Origin: Octopus vulgaris
Lineage: Eukaryota
Assembly: GCA_951406725.2 (NCBI GenBank)
Contig: OX597815.1
Coordinates: 131,316,001 to 131,380,000, forward strand
DNA: 64,000 bases
Direction: 5' to 3'
Shown: piece by piece, positions 12,888-25,813 of the stretch
Numbering within the stretch: position 1 is the first letter of the stretch
Layout: each line of letters begins with the position of its first letter
Notes under the pieces: generated by a model
Database searches by the model: none
The model's input: the letters and a program-made list of their open reading frames with translations, nothing else
Told to the model about the DNA's origin: nothing
Translations under genes and position numbers: made by a program

Positions 12888-14839
12888 TCGCTTACGCATA
12901 CGTAGGGTTTGTCAGTCACATACGAGAGTGAACACTTTCAAGATGTGCTTGGAAGCCGTCTTGAATTAAAGAACCGTTGAAGGCGCGACTGCAAAGTAGG
13001 CATTTGTCTGTTGCGGTCGCGCCGAATGATTCACTTAACTGTGAGAATTGTTGTTTTGCTGAACGTGTCTCGATACCAAAATTTGGAAAATTTATGAATT
13101 CGTGGAGAAATTTTTGTGTGCTGCGTCGGCAAACTGGAGCACCTGTATTCTTGTAGATCAGCTTAGTGGCGGAATTGTGTTGCCGTGAATTACATTGTCT
13201 TCCTTCATTCTTTTTCTCTGCTCTGTCTTTCTGTTCTTTTTTGTGTTTTCATTGGACTTTTTATTTGGAACATTTTGGATTTTGTATTGAACATTTTTCT
13301 TTATTTTATTTTATTTTATTTTTCTTTATTTTTTTCTTTCGCAAGCATGGCAGCAAAAATAAAAATAATATTGTGACCCTCAAGCAGTAGGAAAAACTTT
13401 AATGAGAGAACGGTGGTGTTGAGGACATATTCTAAGTCCCTCGACACCATCACTGTGTTCTCTCAGGCAGACATTGAATAGGAGTTGGCAGAAGTATGAG
13501 GGCTGCCACCCTGAATAGAGCCTGAATAGATAGAAGACACTATACTTCGGGGTCGGGGTGGCAGCGGAGCCAAGCAGTTTAATGTCAAAATTCTACCTGC
13601 GGCTGATTGGGTGGGGTCGAAGGAAGTTTTGACCCTGTGGACCCAATCAGCCAATAATCTGTTTTTTCCAGATTTTTTGAGGATGGCCGGGTGCAGGTAA
13701 CCGGTGATTCTTGAGGGTCACCCCCTACCCAGGTGTCATCGGTGCCTAGAGCCTGGCCATATAAAGAAAAACTGTCCTCATGAACAAAGCAAATTCCTGG
13801 AGCAGTTGATGGAGACTTCTGTAGAAGAAGGAACAAAGGCGGCCGAGGAGGTGGAGGACTCCTCAAAGAAGGGCCGCAAGATGAAGGTGAGCAATAATGG
13901 GTGCTCACCGAAGGATCCTAGGGATGAGGCGAATCTCCCGGTCACGGAAGAGACGCACCCTCTCCCAGTTAAGAAGAAAAACTGAGGAAGAGGAAGAAAA
14001 ACGGGACATTGCCGGCAGTCGGTGACATAGCACCGGAATGTCCCGGAACCTTGGCGGGAATTGTGCCGCTAACGGTAGAATTGACTACCTCGACCCTGGA
14101 GGAAGACAAAGAGGTAGAAAAGGTAGTGGGAAAACACTATAAGGGAATATCTTTAACTTTCACACAAGAACCCGAATGGCCTCCGCAGTTAGCTGTGGAG
14201 GCCATAACGTTGCCCGTGATACGTAGGCTGGAGGGACTCAATGAGGAATATCGCTTGTGGGCGGACGCCGCCGACTCGGAACCCGCCTTGGTTTTAAATA
14301 AGGCGTGGGTGATGGCGGAGTATACGGGCACAATCGATGTTGGGGAGGAAAACTGACAATAGGTTGAAAAGCCTCAGTGTTATAATGATTAAGTGTGTAA
14401 TAGGCTCAACGCCTCAATTTGTAAATGGACTATTAAGTCCAAAAATTGTAAAAAGGGAAGTAAGAGTTTCAATGCTTCGGTTTGATTTTTTGTGTAAAAA
14501 TAATGTTTTAATTTGTAAATGGACTACTGAGTCCAATAATTGCAAAAACGGAAGTAAGAGGTTCAAGAAATCCGTTTGTTTTTTTGTGTTAAAAATAATA
14601 ATGTTTCAATTTGTAAATGGACTATTAAGTCCAATAATTGTAAAACTAAAGTAAGCGGTTCAATAAAATGGTTTGTTTTTTGTGTAAAAAAATAATGTTT
14701 GAGAGAAGCAAAAAACCGGCGGGTGTTTTTTGTCTTCCATTAATATCATTTTATTTCATCAATCATCTCATCAATGTTTCTTTCCAGCCCACAAGCTACT
14801 CTGTATCATGCCTTTATGGCAAACTATTTTTAAATAAAT
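12888..14839 (+). mobile_element. Tx1/L1-like ORF1-only non-autonomous retroelement inserted in a family B SINE
   Basis: Disrupted ORF1 13347-14356 with CHRCLEPGHIKKNC knuckle; AATAAA at 14833; TSD TAGC(T/C)TGCTTACC at 12875-12887 and 14840-14852; SINE head 12853-12887 resumes at 14840-14977. Confidence 0.75.
14415..14700 (+). repeat. ~96-bp tandem repeat x3 in the element 3' UTR
   Basis: AATTTGTAAATGGACTA(T/C)T(A/G)AGTCCAA recurs near 14415, 14510 and 14607. Confidence 0.9.
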
Positions 14840-15012
14840 TAGCCTGCTTACCGGCCACATGGTTTCGAGTTCAGTCCCATTGCGTGGCACCTTTGGCAAG
14901 TGTCTTCTACAATAGCATTGGGTCAACCAAATCCTTGTAAGTGGATTTGGTAGATGGAAACTGAAAGAATCCCGTCACACACACACATACACACACGTAC
15001 ACACACATATAT

Positions 15013-15183
15013 AAAAGGTAGTGGGAAAACAATATAAGGGAATATCTTTAACTTTCACACAGGAACCCGAATGGCCTCCGCAGATAGCTGTGGAGGCCAT
15101 AACGTTGCCCGTGATACGTAGGCTGGAGGGACTCAATGAGGAATATCGCTTGTGGGCGGACGACGCCGACTCGGAACCCGCCT
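15013..15183 (+). repeat. Near-identical duplicate of ORF1 segment ~14118-14288
   Basis: Only about 4 mismatches over ~170 bp. Confidence 0.9.
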
Positions 15184-15899
15184 CCCTCCTTCTCCTCCTC
15201 TCTCTCCTCCTCCTCCTCTCTCATCTCCTCCCCTCGCTTCTCTCCCCCTCTCACTATCCCCTAAACCCCCACTCTACCCCAACCCCCAGCCGAACCCACA
15301 CCCCACCTGAGCTTTCCCCACTCTCGCCTCCCCCACCTCCCCACATCACACTACACTACTCCATACAACATTACACATCACATCACAACACATCACCCAC
15401 AGCACACCGCCCAGACACCCATCCCCACATCTTTACACCTACACATACATACACATATCACATCACAACACACCACCCACACACCCATCCCCACATATCC
15501 ACACCCACACATACATACACACACACGTCCAAACCACCAGCCCTCTTTCACACGCCCATACATACTCTCTTATACACACACGCACCTTTGTGTTGGGGCA
15601 CCTTTGTTTTGGAAGTCACTTGACCCTGTTATATACTAGTCTTACAAAGAATAAGTTATGGTGTCGATTTGCTAGACTAAATGCGGTACTGTAGCATAGC
15701 CGCAGTCAGATGACTGAAACAAGTAAAAGAACAAAAGTATTTGTGTGTGTGTGTGTGTTTGCGCGCGCACGCGCATGTTTGTATACCTGTGTCTGTAGAT
15801 GTGTGTGCGTGTGTATGTAGGTATAAGTATGTATGTGTGCGTGCGGGCGTGTCTGTGTATGTGTGCGCGTATGCGTATGTATCTGTGTGTGTGTGTGTG

Positions 15900-16095
15900 T
15901 GTCTTTGTGTCTGTGGTTGTCCTCACCACCGCCTGGAAACCTGTATTGAAGTGTGCAACTCCCCGTCACTCAGCGGTTCTGCAAAAGGAAGCCAATAGAA
16001 TAAGTGCCAGGCTTTAAAAAGCACTGGGGTCGACTAAAATTCTTCAAGGCAGTGCTCCAGCATGGCTGCAGTCTTATGATTGAAGTAAGCCAAAG
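15900..16095 (+). mobile_element. SINE family B tail
   Basis: AAGGCAGTGCTCCAGCATGGCTGCAGTC tail motif. Confidence 0.7.
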
Positions 16096-16484
16096 ATAGA
16101 CGATAAAAGAGCAATTTCATATACACCTATAGCTTAACTATTCGTCAGTCAAGTCATTATATTATATAATTTAATAATCGAAACTCATTAACTTCAGTAA
16201 TTTGCTAAGGCTATTTTTAATTAAACCCGAACAATATTTTATGTTTAGAGTTTAAAATATATGCAAAACGTTAAATAATAATTGGTTTAATAACTGTAGA
16301 AATTACATTAGTTTTAGAGGTTTCCTATTCTTAATCTTTATTAAAATGAATTCTAACAGTATAATATATAGCGTGTCGCATAATAATAATTTTATTGTGT
16401 CTGGAGTGAATAATTCTGTTTTAATGCCTTATTAATTAACACACCCACGGGTTCGATTTCCACTAATTTACTTGTTTATTTTTT

Positions 16485-16521
16485 CTAAAATTTTCGTTGC
16501 GTCTTACAATCTCTTCAGTAG
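16485..16521 (-). ncRNA. Minimal hammerhead ribozyme, canonical C3:G8 core
   Basis: Minus strand CTA CTGAAGA G ATTGT AAGAC GCAAC GAA AATT T TAG. Confidence 0.7.
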
Positions 16522-16669
16522 TCGTTGACTTTGTCCATTATTGGAACTGCGTTCTTTCTGATTGTTTGTTTGTGCACATGTGTTTGCGTCAGTGTGCATG
16601 TGTATACACATCCACACTGTATGTCTTCTATATTTTTAATTATTATAAACCTACCACTGAGGAGCGAGC

Positions 16670-18130
16670 CGGTTTCCAACAAGGATACAAGGCTCCATCT
16701 TTGGGATGTAGTTAACACAGACAAATTTGCATTTGGAACTTGAGAAAAGTCTTGCAAATTTTTACGGTTCCACTCACAGATTGGACTTGTGATGTACGAA
16801 TCAGATGGTCGATTTCTCTTTCTGAAAATCCCAGTTTCTCCAGATGTTCCTTTAAATATTTACTAACAAAAGTTAGAGCTCCAGTTATTGGTATGAATCT
16901 GAATTCATATTCTGGAAATATAAAAGCTGGAGGTTTCGAAACAGTTGTTCAGAAATTTTTTTCTTTGATTTTCAGAGATATTTATATCTGCAGGGTAACT
17001 AACCTCTATGATGGTACATACCTTTGCTCCTCTGTCCCAAACAATATCCAGTCTGTTATGCTTACATTTGACAGAAGTTTTGATGGGAATATTCCACCAG
17101 TATTCCTTGAGTTGGTGTTTATGAATGTATTCCATAACAGAGGGATTTTCTAAGTTTATTTCAGGACAGTCTTTCTTGAGGATGGCATTGTAAATTGTTC
17201 TCGCAACAACATCGTGCCGCATAGGGAGGTAGTACCGTGACGACATTTTAGGACAGCTGCTAATCAAATGGGTACCTTGGTATTACAAGAGCGTCACTGT
17301 CTCTCTTGTTCACCAGGTACTTTGTGGCAATCTCTTGATCTAGGATTGCAAACGCATAACCTTCAAAGTGTGATGTGATGTAGTGGTCTTGTGTCCAAAT
17401 AAGGCTGCACTTCGTGTCAATTCTATTGTCTTATTCAAGCTTCCGGGCAACATACCATGCATGGTCTTTTGTTTTTTGTATGCTGAGTGCTTTCCATCAA
17501 GGTCCTCTCTGTTTTGGAGATCACCAGGAAAAGAGTGGTGTTTCTTAAAGAGTTCACTGCCAACTCGTACAATGTTGCTAACTTCACTTTTCGGGACTGC
17601 ACTAATATATTTATTTTTGCTGTTGTTGTTTAGCAGGTACTGCTTGAGTATACTATACTGTATTCGATGGCCGTCTGCACTGATTTCAAGCCTCTACCAC
17701 CTTCATTTCTTCTTAGGTAGAGCCTGTCAACATCACTGTTTCTGTAGAAGTTCCCTGTTGTTGTCGGGATTTTGCGGGTTTTGATATCTATGAAGTGGAT
17801 TTTCTCTTCAGACCAATCAAGTATCTCAAATGTTGGGATCAGCACTGATACTGCAAATGCATTGTGGGATATTCTTTTGTTGTAAGAGGAGAGTTGTGAC
17901 TGACATATTTTCCTAAGTCTAGAGTAATATTCTCGGGTCACTATATCTTTATTCACAGTGCCTTCAAATGATACATTTTCGTCTATAACTGAATATGTGC
18001 ATTTCTTTTGGCCAAATTCCATGCCTATATCAGCTGAAAATATTATTAATACCAGATGTGTTTAGGCATTGTTTACACATTTAGCATAAATCTTCAGGTC
18101 GTCTACAAAGAAATTATGAATGACATTGGC
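16670..18130 (-). mobile_element. RLE-type (R4-like) non-LTR retrotransposon, 5'-truncated, RT C-terminus + endonuclease, degenerate
   Basis: HNFFVDDLKIYA, EFGQKKC, RLYLRRNEGGRGL, YYLPMRHDVVARTIY, HNRLDIV in minus ORFs. Confidence 0.85.
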
Positions 18131-18153
18131 ATGTATGTATGTATGTATGTATG

Positions 18154-18185
<32 letters not shown>

Positions 18186-18534
18186 TGTATGTATGTATGT
18201 ATGTATGTATATGTGCGTGTGTACGTTTGTCTATTCTGCATATTCACGTGTTTGTATGTTCCTGTTTGTGTGTTTGTATGTGTATGTACTTCTATCTCCT
18301 TTTTGTGCATGTTTGAGTTGACAATGTGTATATGGTCATGTGTTTCAGTCTTCTTTTGTGTATGTATGGGTTTATGTGTGTGTCTGTGTGTGCTTGTCTG
18401 TCCGTATTACCTGTATACCTATCTATTTGCTTATCTATCTGTATACTTAAAAATCCATTTACCTATCAATATAAATACATACGTATATACATACATACAT
18501 TCATACATACATACATACATACATACATACATAA

Positions 18535-18602
<68 letters not shown>

Positions 18603-18807
18603 GTCTCCATAATGGCCTGGGGATGTTTCATTGATGAGGACGTACTCCTATATTTGGCTGAGTGTTGGGGCCTACAACAACGAAACCATAATGATAAGCG
18701 CATATTTTATCAAGTGCGAGTAACAAGGACTGCTTGAAACATATTTATTACCAACAAACTATGATAAATGATTATGAGACAGCCTGTTTGTCTCAAATAT
18801 TATAACA

Positions 18808-19024
18808 TTGGCTTCAAATTTTGGTACAGGGCCAGCAATTCCGGCCGAGTGGGTAAGTCGATTATACTGACCCTCAGTTGAACGCTGGTACTTCTTTTAT
18901 CGATCGCGAAAGGATGAGTGGCAAAGTTGACCTGGGAGGATTTTGAACGCAAAACGTTAAGACGGCTGGAATGCCGCTAGGTATTTTGCCCGGCGAGTTA
19001 TCGACTCTGTCAGCTCGACGCCTT
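18808..19024 (-). mobile_element. SINE family A
   Basis: Reverse complement of the family A consensus. Confidence 0.8.
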
Positions 19025-19597
19025 AAGTAAACCACAAGTATTATGAATAAAATTATGTTCAAGCATTATGAGACATTCTGTATATCCCCAAAATTATAAT
19101 ATTGAGTTATATTCTAAAACTTTATTTCTATGTATAACGTGTCGCTTGGATAGATTTGAAGTCATTACACACACACGGAAATACACACACACACACACAC
19201 ACATGGAAATACACACGCCCGCGCATCAATTTAAATGTAGTCGAAAGTACGGAAAACAAGTTTAGTCATAATGCGGTTTCGGGAGATTCTCTCGGCGTCC
19301 ATGTTGTGCGCTAGTAGAAGGCTAACAGGTAAAATATTATATGAGTAAGCGTTAACAAATAGCATGATTTTTTTTTTAAATCACAGGGATAAATTGCTCA
19401 GAGGCACTATCTGCACAAACAAAAAGAGTTAAACTGGTGTGAACATAATGTAATGAGCATTAAAAAATCTCGTTATAAATACTTAAGAGGTGAGGAAAAA
19501 CAACATTCATAACATGGGGTATGTATTAATATGGAAGCTGAGTTTAACAGTCTTTAACAATATGGAAAAGATATTGTATATATATATGTATGTGTAT

Positions 19598-19662
<65 letters not shown>

Positions 19663-20722
19663 CGTGCATGTGCTTCCATGTGTGCATGTGGGGATGTGTG
19701 TGTGTTTGTGTGTGTGTGAGAGACAGAGAACGAACGGTTGGTTAGTGCTGTATTAATTTCAGGTGAGTACAAATTATGAATACTTGTACTGATATAGTAG
19801 AACGGTGATATGTTAGCTGTGTTCCACTCGCCCACTGTTGAGGGAATCGATGGAGGGGAACTAGTTCTGATATAACAATTTCTATTGATAGCTAAATAAA
19901 AACCAGGAATTCAACGATATCTTTACAATATCATGGAATAGACACATAACACCAAATACAGACCAAAGTTGCCTTAGAGTATGGAGCACCGATCTGTTGT
20001 GTGTCGCAGCAAGACAGAACAATTTATCATATAAGTTTCAATTTATTATGCATTAAATGCAGCTTACTTGAAAAAAAAACCCAGAAAGACTTCAAAATTA
20101 TAAAGATAACGTTTTATTCCCCATTTAGCAAAGGAGTTAAATGGCGGCTGTATGTGCTTAGAGTTTCCTGAAAGTATAAACCTGTAAAATACATTCATAC
20201 AGCTTCATCTCTGAGAAGAAATCCATATATTGAAGGTACATATTTAACAGTTACTTAAAAACGAAATTCTATATCGTTTTCTAAGATATTTTATTTTTGT
20301 TTCATTCCAGAAATTCGATAGTACATTATACATTACTGAGGCATCACAATCTTTTATTCAAACTGACAAATCACTGCTATGCCAGTCAGGAAAAATTTAA
20401 TATGTATATCAGAAATTTTCTTCGAAGAATTACTGAATCAGAGTTACTAATTCTCCCAAAAGTATTTTCAAAGGTTTCACTAGCTTGTTGATCGTCTTAA
20501 CTCTATCTCTAAATTATGAATGATTACGTATCAAACCCTGCAGGTTTGATAGGCGAATCTTAAGGAATATTAAAGATCTGAGTTATCTAAGTATTTCTGT
20601 TGATATATCTAAATCTAATCCTCCGTTTTACTATCAATGCACTGCCATCTTTATAAAAATAGAAACATCCACGTCAACATATAAACACACATACACACAA
20701 CTATATATGCGTGTATGTATCA

Positions 20723-20811
<89 letters not shown>

Positions 20812-20812
<1 letters not shown>

Positions 20813-22089
20813 TGGGTTGTTTGGAAAGTTCGTGCCGATTTATAGTAGCTTACATTTTGACTTATTTTAGAACATGGTTGAGTCCAGAAAATAAGATTTG
20901 ACTACACCTCCATTTAGAGCATAGTTTAAGCTATCTTTTGGTGGAAGAAGGTTTATGCTCCTATAACCTGTGTTAAGTCTGTAACCCTTTAAAATGGAAG
21001 ATAAGAAAGTTCATTTTCGGCACTTGATGCCTCACAAGCAACCAAAGGGAAAATGTCTCACAAGCAACCAAAGAAATATGCACAGTTTACGGTGATGTTG
21101 CTTTATCCGAAAGAACTGTATGGAAGTGGTTTGCGAGGTTTCGAGCTGGAGATTGTAGCCTTATTGATAAAGAGCGATCAGGCAGACTATCCACTACAGC
21201 TGACCAAATCAAGTCATTAATTGGAATTAACCCACATTGCACAACCCAAGAATTGGCAGAAAGCTTCAACCAATCAAAATCCGTCGTTCATGAGCACCTG
21301 GTAAAGCTTGGGTACACAAATTGCTACGATGTTTGGGTACCACATTAGTTGAGTGAGAAGAACCTTTTGGATCGCATTTCCATCTGTGATTCGCTTTATA
21401 AATGGAACGAAAACACGCATTTTTTAAAGCAAATTGTGACAAGTGATGAGAAATGGATTATCTAACGAAATGTTCAGAGAAAGCGATCCTGAAGTAAGCG
21501 GCATGAGCCACCCTTAGCCACCCAAAAGCGGGTCTTCACCCTAAAAATGTCTTGCTTTGTCTCTGGTGGTATTAGAAAGGAATTCTGTACTACGGGCTTC
21601 TCCCAAGTGACCAGACAATTAATTCTGAGAAGTACTGCACACAACTGGACGAGTTAAAAGCAGAAATTCAAGAGAAACGTCCAGAATTGGTCAATAGTAA
21701 GGGTGTTATTTTCCAACATGATAATGCAAGACTGTGCGTTTCTTTGGGAACCAGACAAAAATTGCTGCAGCTCGGATGGGATGTGTTACCTCACACCCCA
21801 TATTCACCAGATATTGCTCCTTCGGATTTCCACTTATACAGTTCTCTGCAGAATAGTCTTAATGGTAAACATTTCAATTACTTGGGTGACGTAAAAAGAT
21901 ACCTTGATGAATTCTTTGCCATGAAACCACCTCAGTTCTGAGAAGAGAGTATTTTCAAGTTAGAGGAAAGATGGAGATGCATTGTACAACAAAATGGTTC
22001 ATATTTGGTTGATTAAAAATGTAAAGGCAAATATTTATTGACCGTTTTCTGTCCTTTAAAAATCAGCACGAACTTTCCGGACAACCCAA
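20812..22089 (+). mobile_element. Full-length inactive mariner transposon
   Basis: TIRs TTGGGTTGTTTGGAAAGTTCGTGCCGATTT / AATCAGCACGAACTTTCCGGACAACCCAA, TA on both sides; transposase ~20994-22016 with WVPH, IVTSDEKWI, HDNAR, YSPDIAPSDFHL, broken by stops and frameshifts. Confidence 0.95.
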
Positions 22090-22249
22090 TATATATATAT
22101 AAAATAGTGTACATTTAAACACAAGAGAAAACTGCCTTCAACAGGAGTTTTTACACGCTAGAAGAAGTAGTCAAAACGACCAAAACCACATTTAAGAGAA
22201 ATCTTCAAAAGGAATGAAAAATAAAATCTTTTACCTTGTAACATTATTC

Positions 22250-22322
22250 CGGTCAGACCTAGGTTTCTAAATTGTTTTAGCAAATAAAATAATTTGCTAG
22301 GCGAACTTTTCATCAGTGACCG
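22250..22322 (-). ncRNA. Hammerhead ribozyme with extended stem II
   Basis: Minus strand CGGTCA CTGATGA [AAGTT..TAGCAAAT/ATTTGCTA..AATTT] GAA ACCTAGGT C TGACCG. Confidence 0.8.
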
Positions 22323-22334
22323 CGTCATAATGCA

Positions 22335-22840
22335 TATATAGCTACAGGACATAAAAAAAAAACGTAGAACACAATGAGAAACAAAAACATAAAAACAAAA
22401 ACATAGAAACGAACTCTTTTTCGAACAACGAAAAAAAAACAATCGAAGAGAGAAACGAGACATACACTATAAAGAATATTCCCCTTCTTCAGTTGTTCCT
22501 GTTTCATCTACTCCACGTTTTCGAAGGCAAGGACAAGACGCGACTTCCTTGTAACAATCCTTCCCGCAAAGCAAATTAAATAAAATTTGGAATCTTTTGC
22601 AGAGGGTGCAATTGGTAACAAGAACGGGACAGTGAGAACAAAATAGTAAAAAAATAACGATGAAAACAAATCAGTAAAAGCAAACGTTGAGGGTTGTTAT
22701 GCCGAGACAATAGAAACAATATTCTGAACGCGAGGACGACGAGTATATGAAGGAGACAGTATAAGCACGTCCTTTCTTTTCGAAGGTTTTGGGCAGAAAG
22801 ACAGATTATCTTTCGTCACGTGTCAGCGATGGGAGAGTCG
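22335..22840 (-). repeat. Interspersed repeat, same family as 61130-61630 (+) and 49575-49650
   Basis: Shared CCTTCGAAA(A)CGTGGAGTAGATGAAACA...CTGAAGAAGGG and flanking blocks. Confidence 0.7.
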
Positions 22841-23061
22841 AGATATGTGTGTGTATGTGTGTGCGTGAGTGAGTGTGTGAGTGTGTGTATATACATATAT
22901 CTATTGATCTATATGTATACATGTACATATATACATGTACATATACATACATAAATACATACATACAATGGCGGTACTCCAGCATGGCCACAGTCATTGG
23001 ACTGAAACATATAAAAGAATACAGACACACACACATATATGCATATATATGTATGTATATA

Positions 23062-23165
<104 letters not shown>

Positions 23166-23225
23166 CATAGATATATACATGCTTATTTATACACATAAAT
23201 ATATACGTGTGTGTGAGTGCATAAG

Positions 23226-23790
23226 GGGCATAGCTTAGTAGTCAGGGTGCTGCACTTATGATTGCGAGATCGTGGTTTCGATTCCCAGTAGAGGTATTGT
23301 TTTCAGTCGTGTTTTCTTGATTGTTTGTGCGTTTGTTTGTCCGTGGACAAGATATCTCAAGAACCGCTGAATGAAACTTTCGGAGATGTTTGGTCTTGTG
23401 ACTGGCATGAAAGGATTAGATTTTGGGACAAAGGTTCTGTATTATTTTTCTTTTTTTTTAACTTAATTTTTGAGAGCAGTCGCGGTTCAGCATTCTCGTT
23501 TGTGAGAGCAGTCGAGCTTGTATCAAATATTCTCATTTTCAAAATCATCTCATGTTAAAATAATCATCTGTATGTTAAAATACCATAGTATTTTGTAATG
23601 TTCGTTTTCCATTACTCCGTATAGCCTGTGTTCATTCCATTATTCGGCTCTTTCGAGGTTTGTTTTACCGCACAACAGCCATTGGACATATCTGGCCACA
23701 TTCTCGTGTCTCCTATATTCGTGTTGTGCGAGCTAAGAACACCCACTAACAATGTGGCTTATACTTTCTCTCTTCTCAGAGCGCATCGTA
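23226..23790. mobile_element. SINE family C head (23226-23290) followed by a DINE/Helentron-like non-autonomous repeat
   Basis: GGCATAGCTTAGTAGTCAGGG..GGTTTCGATTCCC tRNA-like boxes; then GTATTGTTTTCAGTCGTG..TTTGTCCGT..ATCTCAAGAACCGCTGAA..AAACTTT. Confidence 0.45.
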
Positions 23791-23825
23791 CGTTATTATT
23801 ATTGTTATTATTATTATTATTATTA

Positions 23826-23944
<119 letters not shown>

Positions 23945-23945
23945 T

Positions 23946-24141
23946 AGGTTGTGATCTTGCCGTATCGCTAGTTACCTTTTGTCCGCCCTTACGTTCTGAG
24001 TCCAAATTTCGCCGAGGTCGACTTTGCTTTTCATCCTTTCGAGGTTGATAAAATAAATAAGTATCATTCAAGTGTTGAGATCGTTGTAACTAACTTACTC
24101 TCTTACCTCAGAAATTGGTAGCACTGTGCCAAAATTTGAAA
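23946..24141 (+). mobile_element. SINE family A
   Basis: CGCCGAGGTCGACTTTGCTTTTCATCCTTTCGAGG core. Confidence 0.8.
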
Positions 24142-24663
24142 TCATTTGAAATCCTCCTTGTTGCTGTTGTTGTTGTAACCATTCTTATTCCATCGAAGTG
24201 CTTTTTTTTTGTTCTCATTATAACAAATGTGAATGGTATTTTATCAATTCTCCGGGGGTCTTCTCTAATTGGAATTGAATAGAGCGGGTTGAAAAACAAC
24301 GCCTATTCAACCAGAATATGAAGATATCATTGCCACTGGATAATGACAGCTGCTGCAGCGAATTTTAGTTATCCATTTCAGTTATTTGTTTAGTGATAAA
24401 GATCAGAAATCTTTTTGCCAAAAATTGTTTCTATAACATTCGTAAAGACATTAAACTTCTCTTAATCACTATTACTCTATGTCTGAGTAAACATTCCGAA
24501 GGTTAATAATTATGAATGAATAGAAAAGACCTCTCTCAAAATGTATCTTGTAAGGAAACAGTTATCTTCATGCTTTGTTCTGGCTTTTCTAGAATACAAA
24601 TGTTTGAATCCGTAAATTTAGTATTTCTTATAAAAAAGATTATTGCATTTAAAATTACTTCCT

Positions 24664-25460
24664 ATGATTTAAGCTGAATTATCGGAGGAGACTGCAATGA
24701 TAACTAAATCATTTAAAACCAAGCAGAGGTCGATCGGAGTCGAAAAAGGGGTCAATATTGATCTCAGTGTCATCATGTGATTATCCAAAGTGTCGATGTT
24801 CCACCCGAATCAATATTTCCTGTGATTTAAGCCCAATTATCGGAGGAGACTGCAATGATAACTAAACCATTTTAAACCAATCAAAGGTCGATCGGAGCCG
24901 AAAAAGTGGTCAATATTGATCTCAGTAGTTATCCAGGGTGTCGATATTCCACCCGTATCAATATATCTTGTGATTTAAGCCCAATTATCGACGGAGACTG
25001 CAGTGATAAGTAAACCATTTTAAACCAATCAGAGGTCGATCGGGTTGGTTTAAAATCTTTATCGACCAATTAGAGGTCGATCGGAGCCGATAAAGTGGTC
25101 AATTTTGATCTCAGTAGTTATCCATGGTGTCGATATTCCACCTGTATCAATATATCTTGTGATTTAAGCCCAATTATCGAAGGACACTGCAGTGATAAGT
25201 AAACCATTTTAAACCAATCAGAGGTCGATCGGAGCCGATAAAGTGGTCAATATTGATCTCAGTGGTTATCCATGGTGTCGATATTCCACCTATATCAATA
25301 TATCTTGTGATTTAAGCCCAATTATCGACGGAGACTGCAGTGATAACTAAACTATTTTAAACCAATCAGAGGACGATCGGAGTCGACAAAATGGTCAATA
25401 TTGATCTCAGTATTATCATGTGGCTATCCAAGTTTTTGATATTCCACCCGTATCAATATA
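24664..25460. repeat. Tandem repeat, 5 units of ~148-189 bp
   Basis: TGATTTAAGC restarts at 24664, 24823, 24971, 25160 and 25308. Confidence 0.95.
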
Positions 25461-25529
25461 ATATTCATGAATTTTTATAGATATTTTTTAAATCTCCCTT
25501 AACATTTATCGGTTATGTTCTATTCCGTT

Positions 25530-25740
25530 CAGTCATTAGACCTCAGCCGTGCTGTGGCACAGCCTTGACGGCTTAAGTCGGACAACGCGACCTTAGTACT
25601 TATTTGTTAAGCCCCATAATTATTTTGTTGATCTCTATTGCCGCACCGCTTGGTTACAGAGACATAAACTAACTAACAACGATTGTCAAGCGGTGGTGGG
25701 AAACATGCATTCTTATATATACATATAGATATAGATATAG

Positions 25741-25813
<73 letters not shown>

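Noticed and set aside
15021-15623. 200-aa His/Pro/Thr-rich ORF
   Set aside because: Fusion of a duplicated ORF1 fragment with low-complexity sequence
20311-20400. Strong + strand acceptor TTTCATTCCAG
   Set aside because: No convincing donor and no recognisable peptide
24664-25460. CRISPR-like or coding-repeat reading of the tandem array
   Set aside because: Whole units repeat without unique spacers, the main unit length (148) is not a multiple of 3, there are no cas genes, and the context is eukaryotic
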